60,000 bases of DNA from NCBI RefSeq assembly GCF_037042905.1, contig NC_087251.1, positions 20,772,001 through 20,832,000 on the forward strand, given 5' to 3'. Made by a program: the position numbers and the translations under genes. The notes under the pieces are model-generated. The model searched no databases and was not told the DNA's origin. It saw nothing but the letters and a program-made list of their open reading frames with translations. This DNA comes from Lytechinus pictus (taxonomy: Eukaryota). Each line of letters starts with the position of its first letter. Position 1 is the stretch's first letter. This document shows, in pieces, positions 47,390-58,477 of the stretch.

Positions 47390-49900
47390 CTATATTTGCT
47401 CTATGCCCATCTTCTCGGGTCACTACACAAGTCCTGTGTAGTAGAGGGTTCAAGCAAGATCTGGCTTTTGGGTTGAACGACTCCAGATCTTTGGCAGCGC
47501 ATGGCTCTGGTAGGGGGGGGGGGGGCAGACCAAAAGGTGATGCACTGTCTGATCCTCCCCTCAGTCGTAGATAGTGTCTGCATCCCTGCTGTAGCCCCGA
47601 ACTGCATATTAAGGACTTTGCACCTCCCTGTTCCAGACCATATGCGATTAAGACATAGTCAGAATGACCATTCGTCACTTGAACTTGGGGGCGTGATTCG
47701 CTAGGTCACATGGAAAGCTTTTGCGTCACAGACTGGAGGTGGTTTGACCAATATAAGGGGATCCTTTGACTATGTGCATAGCCATCAAGGGATTCAGTCA
47801 AGTGAAGGAAACCGTCTTGATTCGAGTCTTTTTTGGGCAGGTTCATAGTTAAAGAGTGGAAGAAGAAGGGCATATTTTTTTGCTTGTTTTTCAACCCATG
47901 CTGATACCTCTATGTGTGGGGGACTGTGTCACACAGTAGGTAAAGATCATCTACTCTTTTTGGTAGCAGACAGTCGGAAATTGCTCTGCAAGCAGCATTC
48001 AGGACTGGGTTAAACATGTAGCATACAGCAGAGCTATTGAACGGATGGTTTGGCATCTGCTCCCCATATCGTGTTAGCAAGCCTCTTTTTGATGTTATTC
48101 CTTTCTCCAGCTTTTGCCTTTGTCTCGGCAAAATGTTCTTTGTACGCAAGAGTTACATCAAGGTAGACAGGCTTGCTGGCGTGTTTCATTCACTTTCAAG
48201 TTTCAACACCATCTGACCAGCAGTTTCCGGTCTGCATCTCTATTGTTAGGGTGGAAGACGCTAAGTTGGGTTTTCTCTGGATAGTAAAGAGCCAGATATG
48301 CCAGAGCATCACTGAATGTTTTTTTCCACCTCTTCAAAAGAGTGATTCTATGAGGTAATGCACAGTTCATCAGTATGGGTAGCTCTTGGTGTTTGGGTGG
48401 ATTAGTTGGTCGTTTGTGTATTTGGGCAAGGACACTTCTTTGTGGGGCACCATTTTTCTGCCTTTACAATTTGCTGCTAGAATCACCGAGATTCACAAAC
48501 TACCGGTTTGAGGTCATGTTCTGAATTAGCCTTGTAAACTTGACGTCCTTTGTCATCACAATGACTTTTCTCGTAAGTAGACCTACCCTATGATTAAGTG
48601 GTTCATATATAAGCTGCAGAGAAGTAAAAAAAAGGTTGCTCCAGTTTTCAGACCTTCCTCAAATCATCTGATGTACTGAGTCCGATTCAGTACTTGATAA
48701 GTAAAGGACTTTCCTGGCCTGAATCTTGCCTACTTGAATGAGGAACTCGGTCACAAAGGGAACAATGCGGTTAAGCAGAAACCTTTCAAAGGGATTGTAT
48801 GTGTGAGAGTAGGGAGGTTGTTCTGTAACTCCTTGGGCTGATTGGGTATTTGCCTGGCTCAGGTTAGGCAACTACCCTCAATTTCCTCTTGCCATTGTTT
48901 TTTTTTCATGCAAACAGTGTTTTAATATGTCAGCAGTCATTGGGCTGCAACAGGTCCAAGAAGTGTGATCTGCTCACAGAGGATCTAATCCAGGTTCCTT
49001 GTTGCTCTTCAATATTTTCTTTAATAGGATAGCACAAGCAGACAAGACGTTCATGCTGAATGGTCTTGTGTATTCAAATGACTCTTCAGTTGGGAGGCTG
49101 TCTCTGCTCTTTTAGGGAGGTTGGCCCTTCGCGGGCAATAAATGGCTAACCTTGACTGTACACAAGAAGATAGTTGGTCACTTGGTCGGTGGTCACTAGG
49201 GGTATAGTTTGAGACTCGCATAGTCTTTTTCAAGAATCCGAATTGTTTTCCCCGGCTTTTCTGCTGTAGTGAGTCATATCTATTGGAGTCATATCTATTG
49301 ATTTATTAAATTACTGTCACTTTCTCTTTTTACTATCCATAATGGCAGTTGTCTATTTCCCCCTACATTCAAGTGTATCGGCACCAAAGGGGTAATTCTC
49401 AAAGCTCCTGAAATATTTATTGTACAACAGGTTCGTCATCCGTCAAGCCAGGAGAATAGTTTGCACGGCATCCTCGTGGAATATTTTCTGTGATGATTTC
49501 TTCAACAGCTTTCCACATGTGTCGTAATGAGTAGGGAGTGCTGGAAGATCTTGTGGATAGGTATTCGGATCTATGACAAACTGCTCCCAGATTGCTTTCT
49601 TCAGGGTGATACATCTGTGAAAGGGAACTGTGCATGGAGTGATGGCTGCATTCACCTTCAGCCCAATAGGTCGATGTTGAGTGAGCGGGAGAGGGTCAAG
49701 CACAACCTTCTCACATTTTGTTGGGTGATGCAATCTGACATGCATCTGACCATAAGTTCTCTACAAGTTCTCCATCTCGTTGGTTTATCCATATCCCCAG
49801 ATAATGCGGTGACTGTTGAAATCCCCAATAATTACATTTCCTCGATCGGAGGTGGCTTCTCGAGGAAGGGAGAAAGATTGGTTAGGAGGTTTATAGAAAG
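47390..49900 (-). mobile_element. Decayed RTE-X-like LINE (endonuclease plus reverse transcriptase remnants, many frameshifts)
   Basis: GDFNSHRIIWGYG, LDPLPLTQHRPI, NIPRGCRANYSPGL, FERFLLNRIVPFV, LNAACRAISDCL...DDLYLLC, CLNRIWSGTGRCK. Confidence 0.8.
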
Positions 49901-51719
49901 AACTTAAAGAAATACTCATAAGTTCAATGGTTAGGACTTTGCACTTTAGCTTGATGAAGAGGCCTACTCCTAATTAATTCTACTTAAACAGATATTTGAC
50001 CTGCTAATTAACTGCTGGAATCATTAATGCCAATTTGAATGTACAGGGACTAACCGGTTCCAGTGGGCAACAGGCTCAGATTAGATTAATTTTTGTTGTC
50101 TACTTGATAGATGTACGGCATACTGAGGATATCTTGATCTGTGTTTAAATCACGGCAGATGATCATTGAAAAGCTTTTTTTCACCAAGTTGTCCAGATAA
50201 ACCAGCAATCCTGCCTAGAGGTCTGCAAGTAGTCTATTGTGTTAACTGTCCCATTGCCCATGCATTGGTATAATAAAGGGGGGGGGGGGGAGAAAAACGA
50301 ATTTGCAACACAGGAAAATTGCCAGAATTGCAGATAGAAACATTGATAGATCATTGTGATTTACATATTTTAGTAGGTACCCCCAAAAGTAATTAGCTTT
50401 TGAGTTCACAATCACTACAGCTTAGGAATTATATTTGTCATACTGATAAATAATTTCGTTTTCCCAATTGCAGACACTTTATGACCTATTGGTTGGTCTT
50501 GGATATGTATTTCCCTTCCTAAAATGTACGATAAAATGTTCCAAATAACAAACTAAATGATATTGTTAATAATACACATTTCCTCTCCCATTGCCGTATG
50601 CAGCGAAAAGTTACATTTTTAAACTGACAATTTTCACAAAATTTACCAAAAGTGTGCAAGATATCCTTCAATTTAGCTATGAAAAAGCGCCCCTTGCCAA
50701 AAACAGTAGCTTCGCTCCCTCGCTTTGTTTCTTGGAAAATTTGTCTTGCCACCCCAAGGAAAAAAATTCTGCATACAGCCATGCCCTCTCTCAATATGCC
50801 GACTGCCTGGCCAGATGGGTGAAATTAATTGTCAACACCATGATAAATGCTTAGAATAGTATAAGATGCATTTTGAGGACCAAAAAGGGATTTTTTGGGA
50901 GGTTACAGGCTTGAAATATCGCCAAAAGTGATGGTTGCTAGGGAAAATGCTGTTGCTAGGCAACATAATGGTTTCCATAGGTAACAGAAAAATATATTAA
51001 TACTCTATTATTTAGATTAGAACAGATAACATGACACAGCAGGGTATCTAAGAATGATTTATAACAATATTATAAAATCCATTAAATGATGCGTATAGTC
51101 GTAAATACACACAAACATATAATTATTAGTGATATCCGTCACATGCAAGGGTTAACCAAACATGGCATTAATGCAATTTTTCATGATCATAAATGCATTA
51201 TACATCCTAGTCTTCCTCTTTTATCCCTTTTTCATCAAAATTCACCTTCTTTATTAGTTTTTACAAATTAAAAACTAAAAAAAAATGATAAAATGAATTA
51301 ATCTTGTAAAAAATAAGAGAATATTGAAAAGTGAATATGGTTGCTAGGGAAAATAATGTTGCTAGGCAACAGTTTTTAAATCAAATATATAAGAAAGATA
51401 TATTTGGTCGCTAGGCATTATCATATCATTCAATCTGTAGTGATTTTATCACTGTATAGTCTATATTTATATATAAATTAGAGTAATTAATTAACAAATA
51501 TAAATGATAAGTTACTGCTTTGCATTTATCACAAAAATGGGCGTGGCCTATTCAAGGCTGGTTTCCATGGTGAAGCTACACTTTGCGACACTTTAAATTC
51601 TCAGTTCTGAAAAATTCAGAAAATTTCCTTCTAAATGATGCATGTTTTTGCTTTGATCCAGTCGGGGGGATTAAAGTCCCAAATTTTGGCCTCTTGCCGC
51701 TCGCCTAATATACGGTACC

Positions 51720-51867
51720 GGTATAAACGTATGCGCGATGAGCTGAGCTAGCCTAGCCTGGGCGGCCGCGGCCGGTCTTAGATCTCACAGCATTTCTGCA
51801 TGCAATTCTATCGCGATTTCCGGACACTGGACACATCTACTAATCTTCAGATTTTAGCCAGGTAAGA
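51720..51867 (+). promoter_or_regulatory. Probable promoter / non-coding first exon of an unidentified downstream gene
   Basis: CpG-rich patch (gcggccgcggccgg, tatcgcga, tttccgg) ending in consensus donor cag/gtaaga at 51861/51862. Confidence 0.45.
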
Positions 51868-53011
51868 ATGTCTAATTTACGTTAATTTTTATTCTAGTCT
51901 TGAATCATGATTTCTCTTATCAGCAGGAAGTAGTGCTAGTAGAATAATGGAGTTTATCATTATTTATATCGTTTGTTTGGATCGCCTGTGGCTGCTAGTG
52001 CTAGTTCAGTTGTCAGCGAGGCAAGGTCCAGGACAACCACCCTGCTGCATGGCCATGATGCCGAAAGTTCCGGGCCAGCTCAAAGCTTGAGTGTGGTGGT
52101 GGTGTGAGTACAGCGTGGACTCCCGAGCCAGGCAGGGGTAACTGCCCCAATTTTACTAAATAAATTGGAATAAAATGAAAGTTGCACTCGTTACTCCATG
52201 CTCTTGAAAACATGACCAATCAAGTTCTTTTCCATGATCGAAAGAAGAAAATTTGGCTTTCATTTGACTTGTGAAAATAATCATAATGTCAAACTCATAA
52301 CTCAAAGCCGATTCGATTCTGCTCAAAAATTTGACGGAATAAAGCCATTTTGGTATGTATTTCCACTCTCCCATATATACATGTATGTTCTATATTAGGG
52401 CTAGATATATTATTATGAACCTTCTCCATATTTTCATTTTCAATTTTGGGTGGCTGTCGCAAAACAAAAAGGAACTCTTCCCCAGTTAGCAGTAGCAGCT
52501 CAGACTTTAGACAGGAATAACCGTCGTTTCTGGGGATTTATATTAGACGGCTGGCAGCCGTCTGTTTCGAGGAGGAGTTTAACAGTTAAAATTTTTTATT
52601 TCTCCTCGCACACAGACAATTCGCAATCGTGCAGCCGCCATTAGGGGGTTAACAATGCAAAATCCCCCCAACGGGGCTCATCGATTTTTGTCTAGGCCCC
52701 TATTTCATAAAAATATATAAAAAGAACTGGACCAAAATAAAGATTATTATTCCGTTTTGGCCTGAAATGCACCAAAACGGAAAAAAATAAATTTAAAGGG
52801 AAAAAAACAGTGACTTGCTTCGGTTGTCATGCAACTCCCACTTCCCTGGTTAAATATCTGAACTTAATACATAAACATATGGCCATTGAGTCCCTGTAGT
52901 ACAAATCGAGTTAGAACTTCGGTCTCTGTAATTGGTGAGTGGAGCCAATGGAGTTCAGCGGAACAACCAATATAACAGAGACTGAAGCTTTTGGTCTAGG
53001 GGTTTATTTAA

Positions 53012-54011
53012 AGGAAAATGAAAACTTTGGAACAAGAAAGCTTGTGTGAAAACAGAAAAATCAAAGAAACAGATCAACAAAAGTTTGAGAAAAATCGGAC
53101 AAATAATGTGAAAGTTATGAGCATTTGAACATTGCGATCATTAATGACATGGAGATCCTCTAATTGGCAATGCAATAAAGATGTGTGATGTCACTTGTGA
53201 ACAACTCTCCCATTACTTTTCTATATATTTCACTTAAACTGCCTCTGTTGTCACATCCATCAGTAGATCATGTATCCTTTCTATAGGAGGGCATTTACAG
53301 ATTTTCAGAGAATACATTATGGATAAAGAGTTTTGTATCACCATTTTATAAGAAAGAACAAAAAGAGACATTTTGGGGGTATTTATACCTTTATACCGCA
53401 TCTACTGGAAAAATACAGTTGTTCCTGCAGTCAAGTTTCCAGGTCTATCTTGTTGTCTTCCTAGCTTGGATAAGTTCGAAAACTGAGTCTGTGCTATTTG
53501 TGCAATGTGCTGTGCCAATTAATGTATTGGAATGAAATAGGCACTATTCCCGTGCGTGAACATAATGCCACGCAGAGAACTTGTCTAACTTTGTCTTGAA
53601 GCCATTGATTGTTGATGCTGTGACTACCTCAGTAGGCAAAGAGTTCCAGTCATTAACCACTCTAACACTGAAGGTGTTTTGTCTCACTGCCAGTCTACTC
53701 CTTTTCAAAAATAGCTTGTAAGGGTGGCCACGCGTTGCTTGAGTGGTAGCTGATGTGAAGAATAGGTCTCTATTCACATCATCAATGCCATAAATTATTT
53801 CATAGTCCATCAAAGGGAAAGTTGTTCACATGTGACATCACACATCTTTGTCACATTGCCAATGAGAGGATCCCATAGCATTAGTGATCACCATATTCAA
53901 ATGCTCAGAATAACTTTCTCATTATTGTCCGATTTTTCTCAAACTTTCTTTGTGTTCTTAGATTTTTCTGTTTCCACACAAGTCCACTTGTTCCACAGGT
54001 TTCATTTCCCT
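53012..54011. mobile_element. Kolobok/T2-type MITE interrupted by a LINE 3' end
   Basis: TTAA TSDs; aggaaaatgaaa / tttcatttccct; related to the 16327 family. Confidence 0.8.
53385..53795 (-). mobile_element. 5'-truncated CR1-clade LINE (ORF2 C-terminus, 3' UTR, short repeat tail)
   Basis: TRGHPYKLFLKRSRLAVRQNTFSVRVVNDWNSLPTEVVTASTINGFKTKLDKF; tail ggtataaaggtataaa. Confidence 0.85.
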
Positions 54012-55685
54012 TTAACAATTTCTGACATTTTATGTACTATTGGTGAGTGGAGCCAATGCAGTTCAGCGGAACAACCAAAATACAGGTCTACTCAGACTTC
54101 AGCTTTTTTAGCCGAGGCTGGTACTTTTAGTGTTAGTAACGTTAGCCCCGGAGCTCGTCACTTCAGCTCAGCCTCAGTGGCGACATAGACTCTAAAGTTT
54201 AGTCTATTAATTATTAGATCTAGGCCTATCTAAAATTAGTTAGACCTAAGTATCATAGTCTCGCAATCGCAGTGAATTGCCAATAAGTTTGAGTGAAGCT
54301 GACTTAACGTTAGAAATGTCTTCATCATCATGATCATGACAGAACTTGGAATAAAAAAAATTGATTGGTCAGTTTTTCAAGCTCATACTTTTCCAAGGCC
54401 ACCAGTATAAATGGGGGTTGATTGCATATCACATAGATCTAATATGGTAGACTATCAAATTATTTGGGAGAACATACATGTACTCTTTCAGGCCATGCAC
54501 GAAACCCATTTTGTTTGTAAGGTTTTGGTTTCATCAGAGTTTTTCCCATCAAATTTCAATTAAATTCAATTATCACTTCTGCGAATATGTTTTTGTGAGT
54601 GAATGTCACATAACTGATGGCTAGTTAGAATATTGGTGAGCACACCTTGGTGATTTGCAGGCATACATGTATGTTTATCATATAATGTAGATATTCTTGG
54701 TCACAATCCCACAGTGGTTAGAAGAGCGCAAGACATTGATAGGGGAGGTACTGTAAAAATGTTAAAGGTGTTGGTGCAAAAGGTAGGAATGAATGTGTTC
54801 AACAGAGATTGAAGCTAGGCAGTAGATATATATGTAAATTCCAGTCACTCACAAAAAAGTTAACACAGGGGATAGCATTTCACAGAAATTTGAAGGGAAA
54901 ACTCTGATGCATTCAAAAGCTTACAACTAAGTGGGTTTCATGCCTAAAAACCCCAAAAAATTGAAAAAGTAGGTTTTGTACCCTTTGCCTTCGAAGGACC
55001 ATAATTAAAGTAATAATTCAAGTTGATGAGTTTATGTATACTCAATTATGTTGAATAGATATCATAAGAATAAATCATATATTCTTGATATGACTGACCT
55101 TTAAACTTCATTTACCTTTTTTTAGAAACTCCCTGTAAATGAAACTTTCCAGTGATGAAAATTAGATCAAATTCTTAATTTTCTTGTATTGTAATTGAAA
55201 GCATTTAGACTTGTAGGCCTGCATGACCTTATTAAAATTTATGTAGCAGGGGGCAGTTGCCCCCTCCCCCCCTTGAAATTTGAAAGCTGACATAATTTTT
55301 TACACAAAATTTTTACAAAATTCACCCAAAGTAGGCCTATGCATGAAATCCTTCAATGTCACTTTACAAAATGCAAAAGCTCAGTTGCTTCACTATCTCA
55401 CTTTAGAGTGTTTGAAAAAAAAGTTCTGCATACGGTCATGGACTTGTAGAAAGCATGTTGAATAGAATGAGATTATGAGAATGAATTGAATACTGAATTT
55501 ATTATTCATTATACTAATTTGCACATGAAAATCACAAATGAAACCTTCAAGAGTTGTAAACTTTGGGGTAAACAGGCACTTTGAAATATTCTCAAAAAAT
55601 TTCATGTGAGAATATATTCAAAATTAGTTTTATGTCTTGCAATTTTAAGATATATATATCTTCGATATCTACATGTAACACCTTC

Positions 55686-56250
55686 TTTGTCTCGGCCGAA
55701 CGAAGTTCGGTAGATACCTAGTAATTACTTTTCCTGTTGGTCTGCTAGTCTGTTCCAAAATGTTAAAGTTTTTGTTTAACTTGCTCTCATAATACTACAT
55801 GTGTGTCCATGAGGGTGATGGGGTTACTCGTTACAGGTCATATAGGGGTCAAAAGGTCAAATGATATTTGTTAGTTTTTGTTCAACTTGCTCTTATTTCT
55901 TTATTACTGCATCAATTATGTTCCCACTTAGTTTGTATGATCTTTGGGTATACCATTTGTGTGCCCATGAGGGTGATGGGGTCAAAGGATATCTAGGGAC
56001 AAAAGGTCAAGTTTTTGTTCAAATTGCTCTCATTTCTATATTTCTGCATCAATTATGTTGACACTTTGTACATGTACATGATCCTTGGGCAATACCACAT
56101 GAGTGATGGGGTCATCTTGGGATCAAAATGTCAAGTTTTTGTTCAAATTGCTCTTATTTCTTTTTTATTTCTCCTTCAATTTTACTTGGTACAAAGATCA
56201 TGATCGCGATATCAGTTGATACTTGTGGTTTGTGAACCACCTTGTTTTTT
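55686..56250 (+). mobile_element. Older Helentron-like element with ~120-130-bp repeats
   Basis: tttgtctcggccgaac...gttcgg start; repeated gatggggtc...aaaaggtcaa; terminal hairpin gtggtt/aaccac then cttgtttt. Confidence 0.55.
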
Positions 56251-56851
56251 TATATCGTGGTTTTTAATTTTAATAGCTGGATTCTTGCCAATGAAAGGTA
56301 ATAATATGTACTGTAAATCTGTAATTGCTATTCTTCAAGGAATATACACATAATTTTATTTGCCTGATATCAGATCTCTGATACCTGAGTAAAAAGAAGG
56401 CAGCAAACCACAATCGCCGCAATCACAGTACAGTTTGCGTGACAAAACTTCATTTTTTTCCAACCCATTTTGTCGGATTGTGATCAAATTTTGAATAATA
56501 TGATGAGTTAAAAAAGGGGGAAACTATTTTTAAATTGTGCTCTAAAGAGTCTAAGCTTCACATGAATTTTCAGGGACAACTTTTTCCTTTATTGCTGTAC
56601 ATGTACATATTAGAAGCTATTGATCTAACTTTGTCACTTTTACAAAATTGTATATTTGGCACTCAACCATGATTCAGGATTGGGAGAATTTGTTTTGAAG
56701 AAATTGTAGGCCTACATACACTGGAATTTCTATCCCCTCAGACTACCCAACCTGAACCAAGGTTGCATCTCCACCAGCCTGCCATGGTTACTTGGTACTT
56801 TAATAAGTGTCACTATCAATGCATGGCCAGAACTTAAAGAATTTTTTTTTT

Positions 56852-58477
56852 TTTTCTCGCCTGCATAGCAGAGCGAGACTATAGGCACCGCTTTTGTGAC
56901 GACAACGGCGATGGCGTCGTCAACATTGAACTCTTAACCAAGGTTAAGTTTTTGAACTGTCATCATTACTTGCGATGTATATGGACCCAGTTTATGAAAC
57001 TTAGACATAAGGGTAGTACATGTATTACTTAACATCCTGCCTGAGTTTCAGGTCACATGACCAAGGTCAGAGATCATTTAGGGTCAATGAACTTAGACCA
57101 TGTTGGGGGAATCAACAATGAAATCTTAACCTGGGTTAAGTTTTAGAAATTTTGTCATATCTGTGAATGTTTTTATGGATCTAGTTCATGAAACTTGGAC
57201 ATAAGGGTAATTGGTATATCACTGAACACCCTGCCTGGGTTTTATGTCACATGACCAAGGTCTAAGGTCATTTGGCAATTTTGGGGTATTTGTTGAAATG
57301 CCATCATAACTTTGAAAGTTTATGGATCTAGTTTAACCTGGACATAAGAGCAATGAAGTATCACCAAACATCCTGTGCCAGTTTTAGGTCACATAACCAA
57401 GGTCAAAGGTCAGAGAGGGTCAATAAACTTTGCCTATGTTGGGGGAATTTCACCATCATAACTTTGAAAGTTTATGAATCTACATGTTGTTGAGGAAACT
57501 TGGATATAAGAACAATCAAGTATCACAGAACATCCTGTGCAAGTTCAGGTCACATGAGCAAGGTCAAATGTCATTTAGGTTCAATGAACTATGGCTATGC
57601 TGGGGATATTTGCTGAATTGCCATCATAACTTTGGAAGTTAATAGATCTAGTTCATGAAACTTAGACATACATGTACATGTAAGATTAAAGGAGAATGAA
57701 ACTCTTGGAGCAAGTTAGCTTTTGTGAAAGCAGAAAAATCAAAGAATAAGATCAACAAAACTTTGAGTAAAATAGGACTAGTAATAAAAGAGTTATGAGC
57801 ATTTGAATGTCGAGATCACTAATGCTATGGAGATCCTCCTATTGGCAATGCGACCAAGATCTGTGATGTCACACACGTACAACTCTCCCATTTGGACACT
57901 GAAAATATACCCCAAAACATCTCTTTTTGCTCATTCTAATCATATGACAAACGATTCATCAATGATATAATGTTGTGAAACCTCTGTACTTGTCATCTCA
58001 TAAAGAGAACACCTCACCTTGTGATAGACTCTATAAAAGTGAGAATATAAGTGAAATAAGTACTAAAGTAATGAGGGAGTTGTACGTGTGTGATATCGCA
58101 GATCTTGGTCGCATTGCCGTTGGGAGGATCTACGTGGCACTAGTGATCTCAATATTCGAATGCTCATAACTTTCTTATTATTCATTCAATCTTCCTCAAA
58201 CTTTCAACAATATGTTTCTTTGATTTTTCTCTTTGATATGGATTCAGCTGGTTTCAAGGGTTTCATTCTCCTTTAATCAAGTATCATTGAACATCCTGCA
58301 TGAGATTCAGGTCACATGACCAAGGTCAAAGGTTATATAGGGTCAATGAACATAGAATTTTGTTATCATAGGAATTGTGTTTTTTAACTATTCAATAGTT
58401 GTTTTACACAGTCAGCACTGCTGAGTATTGAATCGCATAATGCAGACCGTGAGACTGCCAGAGACACTCCAATTGTT
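56852..58477 (+). mobile_element. Complete Helentron-associated element, same family as 37053, with a nested MITE
   Basis: T-run, tctcgc...gcgagactatagg start; same tandem unit; 3' gtgagactgccagag...ttgttt. Confidence 0.78.
57690..58272. mobile_element. Young Kolobok/T2-type MITE
   Basis: TTAA TSDs at 57686 and 58273; near-identical to 16327-16908. Confidence 0.9.

Larger units (their letters stand above)
43620..51707. mobile_element. 8.1-kb long-TIR DNA transposon relic (Academ-like, tentative) with nested insertions
   Basis: TAGG(T/C)GAGCGG...CCGCTCGCCTA termini; ~180-bp alignable TIRs; mirrored subterminal motifs at ~350 and ~750 bp from each end; ATA(TA) on both flanks. Confidence 0.75.

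Noticed and set aside
53544..53813. Standalone 89-aa protein gene
   Set aside because: It is the C-terminus of CR1 LINE ORF2; its ATG comes from flanking MITE sequence.
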